Of a stretch of DNA of 64,000 bases, positions 50,324-60,764 are shown piece by piece (the first letter of the stretch is position 1; every line of letters starts with the position of its first letter). A program made the position numbers and the translations under genes. Source of the DNA: Pristiophorus japonicus. Lineage: Eukaryota. Location of the stretch: the NCBI RefSeq assembly GCF_044704955.1, contig NW_027254409.1:372001-436000 (forward strand), given 5' to 3'. The notes below the pieces were generated by a model. It was not told the origin of the DNA. It ran no database searches and saw only the letters and a program-made list of their open reading frames with translations.

Positions 50324-51097
50324 GACTGACGGGTGTAGATTTTGAGACAGCAGGAATCGCGCTGTGAAAAGAACTGGACACCATGAGAAAGAGACAGACA
50401 CATTGAGAGACAGACACAAAAAGAGAAACAGGGAGAGACAGACAGCGAGCTAGAGAAATAGAGAGAGAGAGCAAGTGTGAGACTGAGAGGAATCGGCAGA
50501 CTGAGTGAGACAAAGACTCAAACACACACATACACAGAGATGTTTGTGTGTGTGCTCCATAAAGAGAGGGAGGCATGTAGTAATGGAAAACCAGAAACAA
50601 AGACAAAGACATGGAAAAAGAAAGCGACAAAGAAAGAGATAGAGATAGTAGTGAGAGAGAAGATAGAGAGAGAGAGAGACAGAGATAAAAACAGAAAATG
50701 ATGGAAATACTCAACAAGTTAGAGACAGGGTCGAACAGAGACAGGCAAAGAGAGACAGGCAGGCAGAGACATAGACAGACAGTAATAATGGGAAAGAGAG
50801 AGACAGTCAGACAGAGAGACTGAGAGAATCCCATTGCAACAGAACTGGACACTGTGAGAAAGACACGGGCAGATTGAGAGACCGAGACAAACAGAGAAAC
50901 AGGGAGAGACAGAGTGAGTCAGAGCGAGGCAGAGTGAGGGAGACAAAGTCTCATACACGCAAACAAATGCACAGATCTCTAAAGAGACAGAGGTAGAGAG
51001 TGAGACAGAGACTGAGAGACACAGATACATTTCACGATTCCATTTCTTTACCGGTTCAGAATGCGATAGAATTACAGTAAAATGCAGATTCAACAGA

Positions 51098-51410
51098 TTC
51101 TTACTGCAGTCGTACAGGGCATTGGTGAGGCCTCACCTGGAATATTGTGTTTAGTTTTGGTCTCCTAATCTGATAAAGGACGTTCTTGCTATTGAGGGAG
51201 TGCAGCGAAGGTTAACCAGATTGATTCCCGGGATGGCTGGACTGTCATATGAGGAGAGACTGGATTAACTGTTTTTTTATACATTGGGGTTTAGAAGGAT
51301 GAGAGGGGATTTCATAGAAACATAAAGATTCTGGCGGGACGGGACAGGTTAGATGCGGGTAGCTTGTTTCCGATGTTGGGGAAGTCCAGAACCAGAGGAC
51401 ACAGCCTCAG
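51098..51410 (+). mobile_element. CR1 ORF2 3' fragment
   Basis: LLQSYRALVRPHLEYCV..RTRGHSLR. Confidence 0.88.
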
Positions 51411-51583
51411 GACAGCCATGTCTCCGTGGTGCCAATTATATCATATTCATTAATTGCTGCTTGTGCAGTTAATTAATTCACCTTATTACGAATACTCCTC
51501 GCATTGAGGCACAGAGCCTTCAGGCTTGTCTTTTTAACACACTTTGTCCCTTTAGACTTTTGCTGTAATGTGGCTCTTTTTGA
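51411..51583 (-). mobile_element. CR1 EN N-terminal fragment at the right edge of the insert
   Basis: LKALCLNARSIRNKV; homologous to 29980-30150. Confidence 0.88.
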
Positions 51584-52800
51584 AAGGAATGACAAATGTG
51601 TATGCGGTTGCAGGAGTATGTGAGGGGAAACAAGCATGATACGAGGGGAAGAGTACATCCGCGATGGACCAGTATGAGATTAAAAAAAATGGAAATATAA
51701 GGGGAATATCGTTATCCGTGTGCCAGAGAGGAGGAAGCCTAACTATAGGTCCTCGCACAGTGGGAGATGGGAGCAGGATAGATGCGGGTTTGACAATACT
51801 ACGGAAGGATGCGTCATTGGAATAAACCCTGCCCGAACCTACATTACACCTATCAAGGGCAAGGAGAATATTGTGTGGTAACTAGCCTGGGAACTTACGT
51901 TACTCCAAGATTGTCGGTGGCAGCGGGAAGAGCAGGCATGACATGCCAGGAAGACAGTGACATGAAATATAAACGGTGAGATTAAGCAAGATATTGATGT
52001 TTACATGTAAGAGCAAGCACAATCAATTCCCCTGTTACTTGAAGATTTAACTAGCTCAAGAAATAACATTAAAAGATATTAAGAGCTGTAGGAGAAAGCT
52101 GAAGAACTGGACAGTGAAATAAAGGATAAGCTGAAAAACCCGCCTTGGTACTTGAGATTATACACCCCTGGATAAGGATCCTTTCCCATACCCTAGTGGC
52201 AGTACAGATAGAAATAGCCTTGAGTTGGTTGGTGATGTTATGTAACAAGTGCAAAGACAGGCGAGGCTTACCCGAGCAAAGTTATAAGATCGGGATTAGA
52301 AATATATCCCATGTGTTAGTCCTAGTGCAGCTGATAGTGGTGTTGATGCTACTGGGAGACTGTACAGGCAGATACAAGAGACGCAGAATGAAGAGATTGG
52401 CCAAGACCCGTAACCAAGAACGCAGAAAGCATTTGCTCGATCCAAAGCGGGTTAATCAAACAAAAAGGCGGCATGAATACCTGATCTGAGTCGTGAGTGT
52501 CCCAATCCTATCGCCTGATCAACGAAACGGAGGCGGGAGACATAGGAATCAGGACAGGATAAGGCAGGGAAAGGAAAATTGTTGTTCTTGGTGGGGTATT
52601 TTTAAGGGCTGATCACCTAAAGCCTACGCAGTCCTCAAATTGATGTGGCATTCAATTGTGGTAATAATGGTAGTGGAAGGGATATGTATCGTGATCCAAC
52701 TATATCTGATGTGCAAGAACAGAGAGTTATACAACCACGTGGATCTAGCCGATCAGCAAACAGCCTTGTAAATTATGTAATGTAGCCATGATAGGGAGGC
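51581..52800 (+). pseudogene. env: env 3' half (and TM-like segments) of provirus C
   Basis: KGMTNVYAVAGVC.., DRCGFDNTTEGCVIGI (cf. DDCGYNQVDGCTLSI in B), HPWIRILSHTLVAVQ TM. Confidence 0.75.
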
Positions 52801-53053
52801 GAGTGACTTTGTAACTCGTTAGGGAAACAACCAAGACCCCCGAGCTTATGCACTGTATGTACAAAAAGAAATATAAGTGGCGTACCAATATCCCAGGGAA
52901 ATGGTCAGGGGTAGTATCTAAAGACTCCGCAAAAGATGGAACTACGAACGATCCCAGGGATATGGACTTGATATCACCATTCCCAGCAGATGGTTCAGAA
53001 CATATGTGTGGTCAGCTGATTATTTAGAAATAATCAGGGACCAACAGGAGGAC

Positions 53054-53580
53054 TGAAAGGGCAGATTACAAATGGTAATTACAATTAATAATAATAATTG
53101 CGATGTTTTAAAATGGAGTTAACAGGTTTTTAAAATGGAACCCACAGCCTGTTTTTCAGACTGTGGGAAGCATGTGTGGGATGCCTTCCACAGAGGAGCA
53201 GATGTTCCAATCCATAGACCAAAGGCCTTGGGAGCTGGGCACGGATGCAGATAACATAGAATTTGAATTGTATAACAAAATAAGATTTAAATGAAAGAAT
53301 CATAACAACAGGTATTTGGAATTGCCAATTAAGGCATATAGAAGGCAGATTGGAGGAAGCGCTCTTCCAATCAATCATGTATTAATCAATCAGCATGTAT
53401 TAGTTGTAACTTGCGTAATTACTTAATGCTATAATCTGAAACTGTATAAAGTAATATGTCTCTGGCTCTATCTTCGAGCAGTCCATCAAGGATAGCTCCC
53501 CTGCCGGCTTGTATTAATAAAACCTGCATTTACTTTAAGGCTAACAGAATCCTAGTGGTGGTTTGAAGTTAACCCGAACA
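53054..53580 (+). mobile_element. 3' LTR of provirus C
   Basis: Follows purine-rich AGGAGGAC; colinear with 23263-23795; ends GAACA. Confidence 0.92.
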
Positions 53581-53585
53581 ATGTT

Positions 53586-54230
53586 AGAGAGATAGGGAGA
53601 GCTATAGGGGCTCGAGAGGTTCGAGAGATAGGGAGGGGTGTAGGGCTGGAGGAGGTTACGGAGATAGGGAGAGGTGTACGGGCTGGAGGAGGTTACAGAG
53701 ATAGGGATGGTTGTAGGGACTGGAGGATGTTACAGAGATAGGGAGGGGTGTAGGGACTGGAGGAGGTTACAGAGATAGGGAGAGGTGTAGGGGCTGAAGG
53801 AGGTTACAGAGATTGGGAGGGGTGTAGGGACTGGAGGAGGTTACAGAGTTAGGGAAGGGTGTAGTGGCTGTAGAAGGTTACAGAGAGAGGGAGGGTTGTA
53901 GGGGCTGGAGGAGGTTACAGAGATAGGGAGGGGTGTAGGGGCTGGAGGAGGTTACAGAGAGCGGGAGGGGTGTAGGGGCTGGAGAAGGTTACAGAGATAG
54001 GGAGGGGTGTAGGGACTGGAGGAGGTTACAGAGATAAGGAGGGGTGTAGTGGCTGGAGAAGGTTACAGAGATAGGGAGGGGTGTAGTGGCTGGGGAAGTT
54101 TACAGAGATAGGGAGGCGTGTAGGGACTGGAGGAGGTTACAGAGATAGGGAGGGGTGTAGGGGCTGGAGGAGGTTACAGAGAGAGGGAGGGGTGTAGGGG
54201 CTGGAGAAGGTTAGAGAGATAGGGAGGGGC
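53586..54230. repeat. 37-bp G-rich minisatellite (about 17 copies) derived from an L2 LINE segment
   Basis: Unit GGAGGAGGTTACAGAGATAGGGAGGGGTGTAGGGGCT; runs into minus-strand L2 sequence at 54230-54280. Confidence 0.9.
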
Positions 54231-54699
54231 AGGGCCATCTTGGAGTTTGAACAGGAGGCTGAGAATTTCAAAATCAGCGCCTCGCTGGGGCCGAGGATGG
54301 GGTAGAAATGTAGAAACACAATCCCCTCAATTTCTACCCTGCACTAACCCCCATCACCTGTTAAATCACCGGGAGTTCCAGCGACACTCCTCCCACTCTC
54401 TCTTGGTATTTATCCACTCACTGCCTCACTCAAAGCTTATCTCCCATTGACAATCCATGTGAGTGCCCTCGTTGTCACATAATTGCTCCCCGTGGACACC
54501 GACTGACCTTCCCCATGCCTCCGCCGCCCTCCTCCTGTTCCATGCTGGCCGACAAATTCAGGTTGTATTCAAGTCAGCAAGCAAAAGATCGGGGCTGGGG
54601 GGGAGGGGTCATATAAATTAAAACACGTTGCGGCCGGAGGAAGAGGCTTGCGGGACCATGTCTGTCCCGCGGGCCGCATGTTTGACATCTCTGATCTGC

Positions 54700-54955
54700 A
54701 CTGTCAAGCCCTGTAAGAATTGTGTATGTTTTAAAATGAGATCACCGCTCATTCTACTATCCTGACCAGAATATAGGCTTAGTCTACTCAATCTCTCCTC
54801 ACAGGACAATCCCCCATCCCAGGAATCAGTTTGGTGAACCTTCGTTGCCATCCTCAATAGTAAGTACGTCCTACCTGAGGTAAGCAATCAAAACTGTACA
54901 CAATACTCCAGGTGTAGTCTCACCAGGGTCCTACATAATTGCAGTAAGATGTCTA
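54700..54955 (-). mobile_element. CR1 fragment
   Basis: LVRLHLEYCVQF..LSCEERLSRL. Confidence 0.8.
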
Positions 54956-54959
54956 GGAG

Positions 54960-55730
54960 CAAGTTATTATTTAAATGGAGAAAGATTGCAAAGTGCCGCA
55001 GTAGAGCAGGCCCTGGGGTTACTTGTGCACGAAGCACAAAAGGATAGTATGCAGGTACAGCAAGTGATCAGGAAGGCCAATGGTATCTTGACGTTTTTTG
55101 CAAAGGGGATGGAGTCTAAAAGTGGGGAAGACTTGCTCCAGCTATATAAGGTTTTGGTGAGGCCACACCTGGAATATTGCATGCAGTTTTGTTTTCCATA
55201 TTTACGAAAGGATATAATTGCTTTGGAGGCAGTTCAGCGAAGGTTCACTCGGTTGTTATAAGGGATCAGCAGGTTGACTTAAGAGGACAGGTTGAGTAGT
55301 TTGGGCCTCGACTCATTGGAATTAAGAAGAATGAGAGGTGATCTTATCGAAACATATAAGATTATAAGGGGGCTTGACAAGGTGGATGCAAAGCTGATGT
55401 TTCCACTGATGGGGGGAGACTCGAACTAGAGGGCATGATCTCAGAAGAAGAGGCCGCCCATTTAAAACAGATGAGGAGGAATTTCTTCTCTCAGAGGGTT
55501 GTAAATCTGTCGAACTCGCTGCCTCAGAGAGCTGTGGAAGCTGGGATATTTAATACATTTAAGACAGAAATAGTTTCTTAAATGATAAGGGGATAAGGGG
55601 TTATGGAGAGCGGGCGGTCAAGTGGAGCTGAGTCTATGATCAGATTAGTCATGATCTTATTGAATGGCGGAGCAGGCTCGAGGGGTATGGCCTACTCCAG
55701 TTCCTATTTCTTATGTTCCTTTTCTTATGT
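54960..55730 (+). mobile_element. CR1 3' end
   Basis: LVRPHLEYC..TRGH; (TTCTTATG) tail at 55708-55730. Confidence 0.9.
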
Positions 55731-56270
55731 TTACTATTATCCTCAACTCCTCTTGTAATAAAGTCCAACATACCATTTGTTTTCTTAATTGCTTGCTGTG
55801 CCTGCATGTTAACTTTCAGTGATTCGTGTACAAGGACACAACGGTCCCTCTGAACACCAACATTTCCCAATCTCTCACCATTTCAAGTAGCTGTTTCCAG
55901 TCCACTTTGGCTAAACCACATCTCAGTTTAGTAAAATTGGCTTTTCCCCAATTGCGAACTTTTATTCCTGGTCAATGTTTGTCCTTTTCCATAACTACAC
56001 TAAATTTAACTGAATTACGATCACGAGCACCAAAATGCTCTCCCACTGATACCCCTTCCACCTGCTCAGCTTCAGTCCCTAATACTAAGTCCAGAACTTC
56101 CCCCTCTCTTGTTGGGCTTGCTAAATACTGGTTAAAAGTATCTGCTGGTGGTTGATCCCTCTGCGAATGGAAATAGGTCCTTCCTCTCCACTCTATCTAG
56201 GCCCCTCATAATTTTATGCACCTCATTGACATCTGCCCTCAGCCTCCTCTGTTCCAAAGAAAACAAACTA
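55731..56270 (-). mobile_element. Cluster of CR1 fragments
   Basis: QAIKKTNGML; EN piece (LGARDRNSV); LFSLEQRRLRAD. Confidence 0.75.
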
Positions 56271-56859
56271 TTAAGAGTGTTGGTGGGCTGGAGGAGGTTA
56301 CAGAGATAGGGAAGGGTGAGACCCTGGAGAGATTTGAACAAGAGAATGTGTATTTTAAAGGCTGATGCCACCAGCCATCTCGCCCAGCACAGAATGTAAC
56401 TCACTTCCACAGTAAGGATGTTACGTTTACTACTGCGCATGCATAATGAGAGAAAATCAATCTCTGTCCCTTTAACTAACAGCGACATGGAAAGAGGGAA
56501 ATGCATGACCTTTAAACACCTGGTCCACTTGGCACTGAAGTGACTGAAACTCATAATAGGAACACCAGGAAAACAAAATACTGACAAATGTTAAACTGTT
56601 TTTGTTGACAAATGAAATCTCGATTTAACTTTTAAAAGATGAATAGTTTCACAGGGTTCACACAGACTCACCTGACAGGCCGTCTCAGGATCCACCACTC
56701 AAGCTCCGCGATTTGTTGCAGAACACGCTGCTCCCTGGGCCCTCCGGCCTCTGACCTCTCTTCCTGTTGGTTCCCAAGGCAATCAATCACCACTCGCCAA
56801 CATTACACTGCCACTTTAAGTTGAGAGGCTCAGAGGAAGAAATAAAATGAGGCTGTGAA

Positions 56860-57632
56860 TCTGAGTTGAAAAATACAATTAGAAAAGCATGATTAAATGA
56901 ACGAGGAGAGACAATATAAACTAAAGGGTACAATCCTAAAAAGGCTGCATGAACAGTGAGACCTGCGGGTATATGTGCACAAATCGCTGAAGGTGGCAGG
57001 ACAGGATGGGAAAGCAGTTAAAAAAGCTTGCAGGATCCTGGGCATCACAGAGTACAAAAGCAAGGAGGTTATGATGAACCTTTGTAAAACACTGGTTCGG
57101 CCTCAACTGGAGCATTGTGTCCAATTCTGGGCATCGCACATTAGGATGTGAAGGCCTTAGAGAGGCTGCAGAAAAGATTGACAAGAATGATTCACGAGAT
57201 GAGGGACTTCAGTTCCGTGGATTGACTGGAGAAGCTGGGGTTGCTCTCCTTGGAGCAGAGAAGGTTGAGAGGAGAATTGATACAGGTGTTCAAAATCATG
57301 AGGGGTCCAGACAGAGTAGATTGAGAGATAGTGTTCACATTGGTGGAATGGTCGAGAACCAGAGGAGACGGATTTAAGGTGGATGAGCAGAAGAACCAAA
57401 GACAGTGTAAGAAAAATCTATTTTATGCAGTGAGTCGTTCGGATCTGGAATGCACGGCCTGAAAGGTTAGTGGAGGCAGACTCAATCACAGCTTTCAAAA
57501 GGGAATTGGATAAGTATCTGAAAGAAAACATTTGCAGGACCGGGGGAAAGGGCGGGCAATGGGAGCAGCTGGGAGCCGGCAAGGGCTTGACGGGCCGAAT
57601 GGCCTTCCGTGCTGTAACCATTCTCTGATTGT
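56860..57632 (+). mobile_element. CR1 3' end (different subfamily)
   Basis: LVRPQLEHCVQFWASH, SLEQRRLRGEL, 3' hairpin GGGCCGAATGGCC and ATTCTCTGATT tail. Confidence 0.85.
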
Positions 57633-58379
57633 GTGAGCAGAACCACTCTGTTCCTTGACTCAATCCAAAGCTTTCCTAAGTGTGAGCACCTCTGTTCAAC
57701 CTGTCTACCTCACCTTCAAATATATTCAATGACCAAGCCTCCACAGCTCTCTGGGGCAGAGAATTCCACAGATCACAACCCTCTGAGAGAAGAAATTCCT
57801 CCTCATCTCAGTTTTAAATGGTCTGAGGAGAAAAGCTGCATTTGTAAATAGAACAGGATTTACTGGGATTGCTTTGGCACTGAACCATATTCATTGTGGC
57901 AGCTCATGTTTGTTTCTGATTATCTTAATAACCCCTATATATGGGCTGGAGATTAATATCTTGTATAAATGTTGAACAAATTATCTTCGTTTCTAACACA
58001 GTGTGTCGAATATTTGATTCCTCCATGATCAGAGGAGACTAATTGATGTTCTGTTCCCGACTGTTCCATTTTAGGGCTATTCCTTAATCTCACTTACATC
58101 ACTTCTCACCGAGTTCACCTTCTATTATATCAAACCCCAAACTTGTTCCGTTTGAGTACACGAGTTGTAGTTGTAGTAGACTTAACTGCAGTGTCTTACT
58201 TTAAACTCAGCTGAAATCCTTTGAACCGCCCCTTTATTGAACTGCCTTGCATAAGATTTGAAATCCGTTACTTTCTGTAACCTGGTTTTGGAACCGATTG
58301 AATTTTAAAATGCATCCACACATTTGCACGTGATAGCCTGTGAAATATTCTGAATTTGTAATTTTCATTGCCACAAACT

Positions 58380-58980
58380 CAGTTCCCTGGCCACCGACTC
58401 AATCCTTCTCCCCAACTTGTGTCTGTGCCTGAACCGGACTGTTTGCAACCTTGGTGCCATACTTAACCCTGAAGTATGATTTTGACCAGATATCCACAGC
58501 ATAATTAAGAATACATATTTCCACCTCTGTAACATCGCCCTTGCCTCAGCTCATCCGCTGCTGACCCCTCATCCCTGCCTTTGTTACTTCTGGACTTGAC
58601 GATACCAACGCACTCCTGCCACATTCTCATCTGCATAAACTTGAGTTGATCCAAAAATCGGTTGCCCGTGTCCTTACTCTCACCAAGTCCAGCTCATCCA
58701 TCAGCCCTGTGCTCGCTGAACTACATTGGATTCTGGTTCAGCAACGGCTTGATTTCAAAATTGTAATACTTATTTCCAAAACTCTCCATGGCCTCGCACC
58801 TCCCGAGCTCTGGAAACTCCTACAGCCCCAACCAGCACCACACCGCCACCAGCCCCGCCCCCCCCCCCACCCCGCCCATGAAATATCTGTCTTCCTGAGC
58901 ATCCCTGATTATAATTGGTGGCTGTGCCTTCTGTTGTCCAGGCCCCAAGTTCTGGAAAACCCAGCCTAAACCTTTCTGTC
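58380..58980 (+). mobile_element. L2 LINE 3' ORF2 fragment
   Basis: AFVTSGLD..LELIQKSVARVLT..SPVLAELHW..RLDFKI..LHGLAPP. Confidence 0.85.
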
Positions 58981-60576
58981 TAACCCATGCTGTACCTGCT
59001 CTGGCAGTTATTGATGCGATAGTGGAAAGCAAGCTTTTCTCTCTTATCTAATCTATGCTGCATCTTTCCACGGAGTGATTGATAGGAGAGTGTAGGGTGA
59101 ACTTTATTCAGTATCTAACCCGTGTTGTTCCTCCCCTGTGTATGTTTGATGGGACGGTGTAGAGGGAGATTTACTCTGTATCGAACCCGTGCTTTACCTG
59201 TCCTGGAAGTGTTTGATGGACAGTGTCGGGGGAGCTTTACAGTGGATGTAACTTGTGCTGTACCTGCGCTGGGAGTGTTTGATGGGACAATGTCGCAGGA
59301 GTTGTACTCTATATGTAACCCATGCCGTAACTGCGATTGGAGTGTTTGATGGATCAGTCTATGGGCAGCTTTACTCTCTGACTAACCCATGCTGTGCCTA
59401 TTGAGCGAGTGTTTGATGGCACAGTGTAGAGGGAGATTAACTCTGTATCTAACCGATGCTGTAGCTACCCTGGGAGTGTTTGGGACAGGCTAGAGGGAGA
59501 TTTAACCTTCAATAACCAAAGCTGTATCTGCCTGGGAATGTCTGGTGAGACATTGTAGAGGGAGCTTTACTCTGCATCTAACCTGTGTTGTCATCATCAT
59601 CATCATCATCATCATAGGCAGTCCCTCGGAATCAAGGAAGACTTGCTTCCACACCTGAAGTGAATTATTTGGTGGCTGAACAGTCTAATACGAAAGCCAC
59701 ATACTCTGTCACAGGTGGGACAGATAGTCGTTGAAGGAAGGGGTGGCTGGGACTGCTTTGCAGCACGCTCTTTCCACTGCCTGCACTTGTTTTCTGCATG
59801 CTCTTGGCGATGAGACTCCCGGATGCACTTCCTCCACTTAGGGTGGTCTTTGGCCAGGGACTCCCAGATGTCAGTGGGGATCTCGCACTTTATCAGGGAG
59901 GCTTTGAGGGTGTCCTTGTAACGTTTCCGCTGCCCACCTTTGGCTCATTTTCCGTGAAGAAGCTCCGCATAGAGCACTTGCTTTGCGAGTCTCGTGTCTG
60001 GCATGCGAACTATGTGGTCTGCGTAGCGGAGCTAATCAAGTGTGGACAGTGCGTCAATGCTGGGTACGTTAGCCTGGACGAGGACGCTGATGTTGGTGTG
60101 CCTGTACTGCCAGGTGATTTGTAGGATTTTGCGGAGACATCATTGGTGATATATCTCCAGCGAGAAAAAATGTCTACTGCACATTGTCCATGCCTCTGAG
60201 CCATACAGGAGTGCGGGTATTCCTACAGCCCTGTAGACCATGAGCTTGGTTGTACCTGCCCAGGGAATGGTTAATGAGACAGTGTAGAGGAAACTTTACT
60301 CTGTCTCTAACCCATGCTATATCTGTCCTGGGAGTGTTAGATGGGACAGTGTAGAGGGAGATTTACTCTGTATCTCACCTGTGCTACACCTGCCCCGCGA
60401 ATATCCACTGGAACAGTATAGAGGGAGATTTTATCGACATCTGACAGATGCTGTATCTGCCCTGGAATGGCTGGGACAAGTTAGAGGGAGATGAAGTCTG
60501 TGTCTAACCTGTGCTGTACTTGCACTGGAAACGTTTGATGCAACAGTATAGAGGGAGCTTTATTCAATATTTAACC
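58980..60576. repeat. 67-bp satellite array interrupted by an RTE
   Basis: Unit TCTAACCCGTGCTGTACCTGCCCTGGGAGTGTTTGATGGGACAGTGTAGAGGGAGCTTTACTCTGTA. Confidence 0.85.
59591..60250 (-). mobile_element. RTE-clade LINE 3' end
   Basis: (CAT)n tail; TKLMVYRA..LLYGSEAW..CLRKILQITW..HIVRMPDTRLAKQVLY..GGQRKRYKDTLK. Confidence 0.9.
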
Positions 60577-60764
60577 TGTTAAGTCCAGAAAACGTAACGT
60601 GATTGAGTACTGTAGACGTGAGTGTAACTTCAGAGTGCACGTACAACATGTAATGTCTGCTTATATACAGTGCTCCCAAGGGAGGCTGGGATCCCTTGGG
60701 ACTCCAACAGATATGCCCTGTGGTGGTGGTAGAATTCTGATTACATAGGGTTGTATACATAACA
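60577..60764 (-). mobile_element. 3' LTR of the Gypsy element
   Basis: TGTTA...TAACA termini; adjacent minus-strand PPT GGGAGGGAGTGA. Confidence 0.8.

Larger units (their letters stand above)
30533..51095 (-). repeat. Degenerate tandem tRNA gene array (about 3.3-kb unit: Asp-Ser-Leu, Deu-SINE, CR1 stub, GA-rich spacer)
   Basis: Leu copies at 31992, 35324, 38630, 41873 spaced about 3.2-3.3 kb, with shared spacers and GA/CA microsatellites. Confidence 0.9.
23263..53580 (+). mobile_element. Defective endogenous retrovirus C (lokiretrovirus-like) containing a 24.3-kb insert in env
   Basis: Matching LTRs at 23263-23795 and 53054-53580, Ser PBS, RT fragment, env halves at 26300-27241 and 51581-52800. 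Confidence 0.85.

Noticed and set aside
31269-51093. Many LSLSL/RDRQR ORFs
   Set aside because: Translations of GA/CT microsatellite spacers in the tRNA array
27242-51585. Retroviral transduction (packaging) of the tRNA array
   Set aside because: A 30-kb genome is far above normal retroviral size and the insert edges are CR1-defined, favouring DNA-level insertion after integration
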